This document shows, piece after piece, positions 1 to 8,600 of a DNA stretch of 64,000 nucleotides. The stretch lies in the NCBI GenBank assembly GCA_964409615.1, contig CAYPDT010000001.1:435880-499879 (forward strand), given 5' to 3'. Made by a program: the position numbers and the translations under genes. The notes under the pieces were generated by a model. That model saw nothing but the letters and a program-made list of their open reading frames with translations, was not told the DNA's origin and searched no databases. The stretch comes from an uncultured Candidatus Saccharibacteria bacterium. GTDB lineage: Bacteria; Patescibacteriota; Saccharimonadia; Saccharimonadales; AWTP1-31. Position 1 is the stretch's first letter; every line of letters starts with the position of its first letter.

Positions 1-526
1 AGTTTTTGGTAAAGCCCCACATGCCATGCTTAGAAGCATCGTAATGAGCCAGGCCAACCATAGAAGGGTGAACGGCATCAATAGAGGTGATGTTAATAAT
101 CTTGCCACCACCCTGGGTTTTCATAACTTCACTTGCGTACTTAGTCGTCAAGAATACACTTCGGAGGTTTACATGTATCACCTTTTCGAAAAGATCTACC
201 GGCATCTGTGCGAGAGGCATTGGCGGATAGATACCAGCGTTGTTTACCAACACATCAACGCTGCCGTAGGTATCTTTGCAGGCGCTAACCATTGCCTGCA
301 CTTGCTCTTCATCGGATACATCTACGGTGAAGGCTGTAGCCTTCCAGCCTTTGTCGGTCAGTTCTTGAGCGGTCTGCTGGGCAGATTCTGCGTCGAGGTC
401 TGCGACAACTACCCCAGCACCAGCCTCTGCCAAGCGGTAAGCGATACCCTTACCAATTCCCTTAGCTCCGCCTGTTACAATTGCTGATTTGCCTGTCAGA
501 TTTAGTAGTTCTGCAAGTGGCTTCAT
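1..526 (-). CDS. Short-chain dehydrogenase/reductase (SDR) family oxidoreductase; C-terminus lies beyond the window edge
   Basis: Absent from the ORF track because it is open at the edge. The reverse complement from ATG 526-524 reads MKPLAELLNLTGKSAIVTGGAKGIGKGIAYRLAEAG...VLVNNAGIYPP...YDASKHG. This carries the classical SDR motifs TGxxxGxG, NNAG and YxxxK. AGAGGGTG (SD-like) lies 4-5 nt upstream. The + ORF 26..487 is its antisense shadow. Confidence 0.85.
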   Translation of the reverse strand, partial: MKPLAELLNLTGKSAIVTGGAKGIGKGIAYRLAEAGAGVVVADLDAESAQQTAQELTDKGWKATAFTVDVSDEEQVQAMVSACKDTYGSVDVLVNNAGIYPPMPLAQMPVDLFEKVIHVNLRSVFLTTKYASEVMKTQGGGKIINITSIDAVHPSMVGLAHYDASKHGMWGFTKN

Positions 527-609
527 AGCACCCTCTTTCTGAGCATTATGCTCGATTACCTACTTATATTATACGCTTATATGTACAGTAGGTAACAGGG
601 GGAGTACTG

Positions 610-1080
610 TTATTTTTGGATGCGAATACGTGAGACGGTAAGGTTGTTGCCTTTTTCGTCTTTATCGCCCGTAACAATTACTTTTTGGTCTTTCTTCAAT
701 GCTTTTGCGTCAGTCTGCTTACCATCACTACTGGTTACAATCGTATCTTTTGTAAAACTGGCCGTCTGCTCCTTACCTCGGGCATCCTTAACTTTGATAG
801 TCTTATCATTGACATCCGTAATTGTGCCAATAGAACTCCAGCGTCGTGAGGCGTTTCGATTCGCGGTCGAAGCAGATGAGAAAGAGCTACCGTTAGTCTT
901 AGAAGTCTTTTCACGATTTGCCCCGTTGCGGTCACCAAGTTTATAGATTCCGAATACCAGCAATACTGCCAGAAGAGCGATAATCATCTTGGTAGCGAGC
1001 CCAAGCGTTATGGTAAAAGTAACCTTTTTAGCTTTCTTTTCTTTTGGGGCACTTTTTTCTACAGGTTTGATGTCGTCCAT
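610..1080 (-). CDS. Hypothetical membrane-anchored protein (156 aa)
   Basis: ORF track. Lys-rich N-terminus, one TM helix (MIIALLAVLLVFGIY), then a Ser/Thr/Lys-rich beta-type ectodomain. No family recognised. Confidence 0.55.
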   Translation of the reverse strand: MDDIKPVEKSAPKEKKAKKVTFTITLGLATKMIIALLAVLLVFGIYKLGDRNGANREKTSKTNGSSFSSASTANRNASRRWSSIGTITDVNDKTIKVKDARGKEQTASFTKDTIVTSSDGKQTDAKALKKDQKVIVTGDKDEKGNNLTVSRIRIQK

Positions 1081-1228
1081 TTGTTGTTCTCCGTTAGATT
1101 ACTAAAGTCTTGTTCAATGACGCGGTGTAGTTGATAGATTGTCTCCATCTAATACTATTTACAGTACAACACCACCGTGAGTATCGCTATTGTTTTAATT
1201 ACTTGATTACAGCTATTGTTGTGGAGTG

Positions 1229-3916
1229 CTACAGAAGGTCTAAAAATTGCTCGAAGAACGACTTGTCGGGTGTTGCTGCATTGCTGGCCAGAGACACAGT
1301 AATCGTAGTTATTTTGGCATCTTTTATGGTCACCATCTGTTTGGCACTGGTACTATAAAATGCATTATTATTTATGGTTTTACGGTTTTTATCACTCACT
1401 TTGGTTAGAATTGCGTAAGCACTGCTTGCCGCATCAGCACTTTTAAATTCGCGAGTCGAGATAATAACCGAGGCAACTCCTTGTGGCTGTACACCATCGA
1501 CAATAAAGGCACAGGCAGACACCTGTCCCTCTTTGGTGACTGTAGTGGGGATACTAACCCGTGGACCGTTAGTCTTTTGCTTAAGAATTTGTTCTAATTT
1601 GGTTCGAGAAACCGTATCGCAGACCGCACTTTTAGCATCTTTTGGTATGGTAACCAATTGGTCCTCGACCGATGTATTGTCTTCGCTGCTATCGTAGATA
1701 ATTTTTCGTTCTGCTACAGGTTGAGCGGTACGGGTTAGCGCAAAGATTCCCCACCCGGCAGCGGCAACCATAACGATAGCCACTCCAACAAATACGCGCT
1801 TATTTACGTTTAATCTCGCAGCTCCATGGCTCCGGGACTTTTGTGTAGTCTTAGTGGAAAACTTCGAGTTCTTACGAAGATAGAAGATAGCTAAGAGTGC
1901 AACCAGGAGCGTAACACTAGGCACAACTATCCATACCGTCTGACCTGTTTGGGCAAGATTAGATGAACCACTTTGTCCACTACCATTACTATTACCTGGG
2001 TTATTAGGTACCGGCTTAATATATGAAGCACCGAGGATATTATTACTCGACCGCGCGAGCAGTATATCTATAACATCAGCGCCTTGGCTAAACAAGCGCG
2101 CATATGGAATAAAGTCTTGGTCGAGCGGTGAACCACCGGTAAAAACATAGTTGGTAAAGCTATCTGGGTTAGATGCAGTAGTGGTTGTGATGGTAGTCTT
2201 TATAACCTCACCTGATGCTAAAGAAGTTATTGGTCCGTCTGGATTATAACCACAAAGCAAAAAGGAATAATCAGAATGCTGATTAAACAAAGTACCTGCA
2301 ATGGCTGCAGAACCTGGGCCAGCCCACGTACAGTTCAAGTCTGGGTTTGACTGCGAAACATGCGTCAGATTAGGTGGCAGCAAATCAACAAACAAAGATG
2401 TCAAAAGTGGGTTAAAGCCTGATGCATCAAGTGTTCGTGGGTCCATACTAAATGGGCCAGCATTGGTAACCGTGATGGTGTAATTAAGCTGCGCACCGGC
2501 AGCGACATCTTGTGGGTTGTCTAGTGTCTTTGTTACCGCCACATCAGCTGGTTGGCTAAAGGCTTGTGCGTAGTTATTTACATCAGCATCTCTTGCACCA
2601 TCCAAAAGGTCACCACCACCATTAAAAATTTCACCTATCGTCTGTTGTTCTGGGTCACCAAAAATAACAGTAGTTAGTATCTTATTGTAAAACACCGGCG
2701 AAGCATCATCTACAACTGTAGCTACAATGACATAGCTAAGGCTTTCACCAGCATGCAAAGTTTTGCCAGAACCACTATAAGCACACGATAATATGCTGTA
2801 ATCACTGTGATTTGCGAAGACAGGGCCGAACATCGAGGCTGAACCAAGCCCACCGTAAAAACAAGCAATATCATCACCACTGACAGAGCTATACTCTAGC
2901 TGAGGCGGTAGAATGTCGTAGAATAATTCAGTTCCCTGCCCAGGAGTAGGGTCACTTACTTGCGACAAATCAAGTGCATCAGGCCCTTCGTTGCGAATGG
3001 TAACTTGGTAGTTTAGAGTATTACCTAGCGCAAAGTTTTCGGCATTTAGTAACTTCTTTTCAGCAACCAGGTCGGTAGTATATTGATGGCTATATAATGT
3101 TTGGTTATAGTTGTTGGTTTGACTGAAAGTTGAGGTAGTTATATCGTTTGAGCCAGCGAGTGCATCTTGGTAAGCGGCTGAATCTTCGTCTGTTATTGGG
3201 GTTGCACCTACCGTGAAAGTCGTCAGATTAGTGACCCGAGATTGCATGACAACAGCACTAAGAGTGTAGGCAACGCTCTGTTCAGCAGCCAGTAGGCTAG
3301 TCCCGCCAGTATGTGCGCACGTAACCACACTATAGTCGGTATGATTAGAAAACTTAGTTCCAAAGGCAACACTGCCAGCTGACCCAGCACCTAAATCGGT
3401 ACAAGTAATGGACGGGCCAGAAATAGCACTATAGGCAAATTCTGGTGGCAGCAGCACAGTGAACAAGAAGTCAGAATCAAAGTTCGAGCTGTTAAGTGTT
3501 GCTAGATCAAATGTGTCAGGGCCGTGATTAGTGGCAGTAATGGTATATTGCACCGTATCGCCCGCTACTAAGCCGACGTTACTGTTTTGCATAACGGTAT
3601 CAAACTGCAAGTCGGTTTTTGGGAGGTACGGCTGCCCCACTGTTCCAAACTCACTGGTAGAGCCGAAGCCACTAAAGGTTGCCGGTTCTAGTTCGGTGGC
3701 CGTGAGTGCAAGATTATTATGTGACGTTCCTGGCAAAGTAGCAGTAAATTCCTGCAGACCAGTTCCACTCGAAGTAACATCTACCTGCCCGATGTAGTTT
3801 TCGCCCTCGCCGGGGAAGTCTGGGTCGGCAACCGTATTGCTAAAGAATTCTATGCGGTAATCACCAGCTGGTACATCCATAGTAAAGGTAACATCAGTAT
3901 TACCAGCCTGTTCCAC
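1229..3916 (-). CDS. DUF11-type repeat surface protein with an internal LPXTG-like sorting signal, fused to a second TM-anchored domain (895 aa)
   Basis: Three ~175-aa repeats, each with a DUF11-like core (QYTITATNHGPDTFDL / NYQVTIRNEGPDALDL / NYTITVTNAGPFSMD) and an LLPPxL...C...NHSDYS...C pattern. LAQTG (1943-1957) is followed by a hydrophobic stretch and RKNSK. About 210 further residues follow, with another TM helix. GTG start, no signal peptide. Confidence 0.7.
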   Translation of the reverse strand: MEQAGNTDVTFTMDVPAGDYRIEFFSNTVADPDFPGEGENYIGQVDVTSSGTGLQEFTATLPGTSHNNLALTATELEPATFSGFGSTSEFGTVGQPYLPKTDLQFDTVMQNSNVGLVAGDTVQYTITATNHGPDTFDLATLNSSNFDSDFLFTVLLPPEFAYSAISGPSITCTDLGAGSAGSVAFGTKFSNHTDYSVVTCAHTGGTSLLAAEQSVAYTLSAVVMQSRVTNLTTFTVGATPITDEDSAAYQDALAGSNDITTSTFSQTNNYNQTLYSHQYTTDLVAEKKLLNAENFALGNTLNYQVTIRNEGPDALDLSQVSDPTPGQGTELFYDILPPQLEYSSVSGDDIACFYGGLGSASMFGPVFANHSDYSILSCAYSGSGKTLHAGESLSYVIVATVVDDASPVFYNKILTTVIFGDPEQQTIGEIFNGGGDLLDGARDADVNNYAQAFSQPADVAVTKTLDNPQDVAAGAQLNYTITVTNAGPFSMDPRTLDASGFNPLLTSLFVDLLPPNLTHVSQSNPDLNCTWAGPGSAAIAGTLFNQHSDYSFLLCGYNPDGPITSLASGEVIKTTITTTTASNPDSFTNYVFTGGSPLDQDFIPYARLFSQGADVIDILLARSSNNILGASYIKPVPNNPGNSNGSGQSGSSNLAQTGQTVWIVVPSVTLLVALLAIFYLRKNSKFSTKTTQKSRSHGAARLNVNKRVFVGVAIVMVAAAGWGIFALTRTAQPVAERKIIYDSSEDNTSVEDQLVTIPKDAKSAVCDTVSRTKLEQILKQKTNGPRVSIPTTVTKEGQVSACAFIVDGVQPQGVASVIISTREFKSADAASSAYAILTKVSDKNRKTINNNAFYSTSAKQMVTIKDAKITTITVSLASNAATPDKSFFEQFLDLL

Positions 3917-4764
3917 GATAGATGTGTAACCGTGCCAGATACACCACCGCCAGTCAGTCCAGTTCCAGCAATTACGCCGTTAATACCGCCCGCTGCACCC
4001 GTAACAGTTATCGTTCCGGTGTTTACGTCTGTAGATATGCTGACACTGCCCGAACCAACTATCGATGCGCTGCCGTTATTAGAAATGCCATTCAAACTAG
4101 ATAGAACTGTTGACTGTAGAGCACTGAGTGGAATTGTTTGACCAAGCCTAGTAACGCTACCGTCCAGTCGTTCGTTGCTGAGTGTGCCTTCGGTAATATT
4201 GCTGGCGTTGAGGTTAGTCAAAGCCGCACCACTGCCCTGAAAACTAGCAGCAGCTACGCCGCCAGAGATGTTAATGTTGCCCACTTGAGCAGGGCCACCA
4301 AGTACCGGGCTCAAGCTTACGGTATTACCCAAAATACTCGCTAGGTCGTTCAGGGCCTGGGCTGATAAATTAAGCTTACCTTGTACGGTTAAATCGCCGT
4401 TGATGGTGACCGTTTGATCGTTTAATGACTGAACCGGTAACAGGGTATCATCACCAAGGACAGGATTTTGCACGGTGTTGTAGGCGTCGATAGTGCTTTG
4501 GTTTTTGCTAGCATTCTTAACTTTGCCAGCAAGTCGTAATGCTGCGAGGCCAAGTCCGGATACAAAAAACATAACTACCAGCAGCAGAATTGCCTGCTTT
4601 TTCCAAGGTCGTGTTGGTCGACTTTTGATTTGTGTCAAGTTTAACTCAGGTTTTTGAGGTACATTAACAGAAGCAACATCAGCGTTAGCCGGTGCCTGCT
4701 GTAGGCTTTCTAAACCGGTTGTCTTTACTTGCTTATTCTGCAAGTCTAACTGCTTATTATTCAT
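3850..4764 (-). CDS. Truncated paralog of the giant fibre protein N-terminus (304 aa); probably the 5' half of a frameshifted chimera with 1229..3916
   Basis: Residues ~49-280 are identical to giant-protein residues ~42-273 (cytoplasmic tail, TM helix ILLLVVMFFVSGLGLAAL, first repeats). After the homology breakpoint (3924) only 24 unrelated codons precede the stop. It overlaps the start of 1229..3916 in another frame. Confidence 0.5.
   Translation of the reverse strand: MNNKQLDLQNKQVKTTGLESLQQAPANADVASVNVPQKPELNLTQIKSRPTRPWKKQAILLLVVMFFVSGLGLAALRLAGKVKNASKNQSTIDAYNTVQNPVLGDDTLLPVQSLNDQTVTINGDLTVQGKLNLSAQALNDLASILGNTVSLSPVLGGPAQVGNINISGGVAAASFQGSGAALTNLNASNITEGTLSNERLDGSVTRLGQTIPLSALQSTVLSSLNGISNNGSASIVGSGSVSISTDVNTGTITVTGAAGGINGVIAGTGLTGGGVSGTVTHLSWNRLVILMLPLLWMYQLVITA
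3924..4621 (-). repeat. 698-bp direct repeat, copy 1 (identical to 13157-13854, offset 9233)
   Basis: Aligned by eye at both boundaries. Translations are identical in three frames: the 304-aa versus giant ORFs, and + strand shadow ORFs 3922..4104 / 4138..4344 versus 13098..13337 / 13371..13577. Confidence 0.9.
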
Positions 4765-4806
4765 AACTCAGAATCGCCGCCAAAATCTTCTTTAATACTA
4801 TGTTCA

Positions 4807-4835
4807 ATTTTACGTGTTTTATAGAGGTAGCACAA
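4807..4835 (-). promoter_or_regulatory. Sigma-70-like promoter of the truncated paralog (TTGTGC-17-TAAAAT)
   Basis: -35 at 4830-4835 and -10 at 4807-4812 (minus-strand sense). Conserved in position with the giant-gene promoter. Confidence 0.55.
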
Positions 4836-4905
4836 GCGGAATGACCCCAGAAAAAAATATGCTCGATTTGCAACCATACAACATAGTGACCGACCAACAA
4901 TTTAG

Positions 4906-5604
4906 TTATTTTGCTAGGATAACAACTACTTCAGTGTCTTGGGGCTGTACCTCACCAGTTGGTAGGGTTGTCTGAATCTCAGCACCAATGACTTGTGCTA
5001 TCTTTTGTGTTTCGACAGCACGTTGCCCACCTGTTACATCTACCACAATATTTTTGGTATATGACGTTTTTTTAGCAGAATTTGCTGTATCAATTACACC
5101 GAGGTCTGTACCCAGGGCCTGATTTATCGACTTCTGGGCAGCCTCTAATCCGGCACTGCTAACGCCTGCATTCATCAAGGCTACTTTTACTTTGCCAGAT
5201 GTATTGATACTAAACGGGCCCTGATTGATTATCTTATTTTCAGAATCACGGTAGATAATTATCTTGCGCGCTTTAGAGTACACAACAAGGTAATCGCCGT
5301 TTTTTGCGTTTGTGAAGAATGGATCTTCACCTAGCTTTTCGCGGTCTGTAACGGCAGCAATTTGCGGTTGTTCGTCTTTTGGCAATTCCATAATCTTACC
5401 AAGTCGTGTTAGCAACTTTTTATTAGTTTCGTCAACTGCACTAGTTGGGTTATCTTTCAGGTTCTTGTACTGTGAGTAATAGAAAATACCAAAGCCAACC
5501 GCCCCGCCGACGACGATAAACAAGGCAACTCCGATAATCAGCTTCTTAACACTGATAAATCTTTCGGTTTTAAATACGGGGCGTTCCATGTTGTTCTCCT
5601 GCAT
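4906..5604 (-). CDS. Membrane-anchored LytR_C (LytR cell-envelope-related C-terminal) domain protein (232 aa)
   Basis: N-terminal TM helix (LIIGVALFIVVGGAVGFGIFYY). The C-terminal part, VKVALMNAGVSSAGLEAAQKSINQALG...NIVVDVTGG...VVVILAK, fits the LytR_C pattern. Its ATG overlaps the giant gene stop (TAATG at 5602-5606), which suggests translational coupling. Confidence 0.65.
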   Translation of the reverse strand: MQENNMERPVFKTERFISVKKLIIGVALFIVVGGAVGFGIFYYSQYKNLKDNPTSAVDETNKKLLTRLGKIMELPKDEQPQIAAVTDREKLGEDPFFTNAKNGDYLVVYSKARKIIIYRDSENKIINQGPFSINTSGKVKVALMNAGVSSAGLEAAQKSINQALGTDLGVIDTANSAKKTSYTKNIVVDVTGGQRAVETQKIAQVIGAEIQTTLPTGEVQPQDTEVVVILAK

Positions 5605-8600
5605 TAGGGTGATTGTTTAACCGACAAAGCAATCCAGTTAAAGTCGATATCTGCCGGTGCGTTGCTTGGCACGGTAATGTCAAAGCCGTCAGCCTGTACG
5701 TTTTTTACAGCGTAACCTGCAGCACTGTCTTTTGGACTTACTGTCACAATCGGTGCTTCAATATATGGTCGCGTGAAGCTAACATGCGCTGTTTTTGTCC
5801 CGGCTTTCATGGTTACTATACCAGCCAAGTCTTTATCAGCAAAGGTTACACGGCCGTCAAAAGCAACGTCGCTTCGGAAGGTCACCTTGTCTTTGAAGGT
5901 TACGAACGAATCAAAACTAACCAAGTTCTGGAATTCGGTTGTTTGGCCAACAATTCCGCCACTCCAAGCAGCTTGGCTGAGTTGCAAAACATCAACCCGT
6001 GCGGACAACCTATCAACTTTAGTATTAAGCTGTTGTACCGATTTAACAATCAACGGGGTAAGTCGCCCGTAGTCGACTGCCCAAGGATCAGTACTTGGGT
6101 CGCTACCACCAACCTTGACTGCATCAGGGAAAATTGCGTATAAGTCTTGAGCCAAGAAGCCTGTCTGGGTGCGATGGGTCGAATCAGTTATGAAGCTATA
6201 GTCGGCAACACTAATTTGCAACAAGTCATCTAGTGTGTAGCGCGTCTCGCTAATATTTTCTTTGAGTCGTTTATCAGATGTGGTGTTGTAGGTGGTAGTG
6301 TTGGCGGTTGTATCGATACTGATACTTCCTAAGTTATCTCCCGAACCGTCAGTGAAGGTAAATAGGTTTTGGGTGCCAGAAGTTTTGCCGGTTAGTACCG
6401 TCACGCCGTTTGTCCCAGTGGCTCCAACCTTGAGACTTATGTTAGTAGTTGTGGTAATGCCGCCAATGTTGATTGTCTTTGCAGCAGCACCAGTTCCGAA
6501 GTTGAGCGTCTGCGCACCGTTGCCGACGCCAATATCAATATTACCTGTCATGGCATTTGATGAACTGCCACCTAGTTCTAGCTTTCCACTGCTCAAGTTG
6601 GGTGCCAGACTTATTTGTGCCGTACTTGTATTACCGCCCAGCACAACGTTTCCTGTGGATTGTAGATATAGCCCGGCTCCACCAAAACTAAAAGTACCTC
6701 CATACGAACCACCGGTTGTGATATTAACTGCACCGGTTGAGGTGAGCGAAGTGCCACCAGTACCGGAGTTGGTAGCGAGTGAAGTATTACCGCTTGAGTT
6801 ACCGATACTGATGTACTGTTGCCAGCCATTTAGTCCGATTTGCATCAAACAACTATTACAAGCGTTCATGTATATTGAGCCACCGTCGACTGAATAGTAG
6901 TTGCCCGCCCGCACCAAGACGGTACTGCTGCTGGTATTGCCTATGGTAATGGCGTTTGCTACAGCACCAGTTCCGATATTGATGGTTTTGCCACCAATGC
7001 CACCAGTTCCGATATTGATGGTTAGCGTGCCGGTACCAGTTGAAATATTCATGGTGCCACTCTCACCGCTAGTACTACCGAGCGAAACTGCTCCTGTAGT
7101 TGTGTCTATGGCAAAAATCGGGATACCTGTTGCGTTATTAATCCTGAAAGCATCGACAGAATTAGATTGATTCTGGAAGGTAGTTGGAGAGTTAATAACA
7201 CCGTTAAAGTTAATACTGCCGAGGTTAAAGAGTGTTGCTGCACTTGAAATCTCAAGCTGCGCAGCATCGACAAAGAATGTTCGAGCAGTTGCGTCAGTTT
7301 GTCGGTAATATACATATCTTGTGCCAGAGACTGATGCACTGGTAACGAACGTACAAGTGTATCTAGTCCAACCGGTCGTAGATACAGTCTGTCCCGTTAG
7401 ACAGCTTGTATTAGTCGAGCCGTCGTTAGTGTAGCCCATTTGGAAGGTAGAGAAATTCGACCCAGAAGCCCTGGCATACACCGAAAAGCTATATTGCGTA
7501 TTAGCAGCCAGTGCAAACGTCGCAAATGCCCCAGCATTTGCAGAGGCCGTAGTTACATTTGAAAGACTACCATTGCCTGAGTATTGATCTGTAGTGGTTC
7601 GGGATATTGTGTCGCCTGTAAAAGCTGTCCAGCCATTGATATTAACATCGAAACTTGGATTCGTGAGGAGGTTGGCATTGTTTTGCCTAACAGTAAATAC
7701 ATTATTAGATGTATTACCCCCCTGAACTTGGAATATGTCGGCAGTTTGTGCGGCAGCACCTTTTATCTGTGCTTGTACAGCAGCAGCCGCACTTCCTGTA
7801 ACCTTGAAGGCTGGGAAAGAATCACTTGAACCAGAGTTAACAACTTCTACAGTATTGCCGGCAGTCGCCTCGAGCTGCAAAACATTCGCATTATTAGAAA
7901 TCTTGTTGTTAGAAATTGTTAGTGCCCGATTACTGCTGTTGAAGATATTCAATGCACCGGTACTAGTGGTATCGAAAGTCAACTGTGGTGTTCCAGTAGC
8001 ATTTTGGATCTGGAAAGCAGATGTGGAGTTCGACTGATTCCGGAAAGTTGCAGGACTATTAATGGTGCCGTTCAGACTAATATTTCCAAGAGAATAGTTA
8101 GTAGGCGTGCTTCCTGTTTCAAGCTGAAAAGCATCTAAGTAAAATGTTCTGGCGGTTGCGTCTGTCTGACGTACATACAAAGATGGTGTGCCGCCCCAAC
8201 TGCCTGGCGTAGTAAACGTACAGCTGATACGATTCCAACCCGTTGTGACTGCCTGCGCCGTAGCGCAAGAAGTGTATGTACTCCCAACCACATATCCTGC
8301 TTCCAATGTACTAAATGCTGAGGCCCCTTTGGCGTAGAACGAGAATGTATAGGTCGTACTTGTCGCTAAAGAGTATGACTGCCGAACGCCGTCTCCGGTG
8401 GCTGCTGTCGGACCAACAGCTAGCCCCGCCGGGCCAGAGTACGTTTCTGCTGTTGTCCTGGCAAAAGAAGTAGAGTTAAGGTTTGTCCATCCCGTTGTAT
8501 TCGTATCAAAAGATGGATTGACAATTAGGTTAGAATTGTTCTGCGAAACCGAAAGAATATTATTAACCGTATTACCACCCTTTACCTGTAATATGTCTGT

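Noticed and set aside
26-487. A 153-aa + strand ORF at the window start
   Set aside because: It is the antisense shadow of a clear SDR gene on the minus strand (TGGAKGIG, NNAG and YDASK motifs read on the reverse complement).
585-617. A hairpin ACAGTA-14 nt-TACTGT followed by TATTTTT, considered as a terminator for the 156-aa gene
   Set aside because: The T-run follows the stem only on the plus strand, where there is no gene to terminate. The stem is only 6 bp and AT-rich, and it overlaps the stop codon. It is retained only as the location of one TAACAGGGG motif copy.
4599-4610. A 12-nt match (TTTCCAAGGTCG) to a palindrome half-site, inside the shared 5' module of the fibre genes (also at 13832-13843)
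   Set aside because: A 12-mer match is well within chance expectation for 64 kb on two strands. It lacks the second half of the dyad and lies in coding sequence (RPWKK codons).
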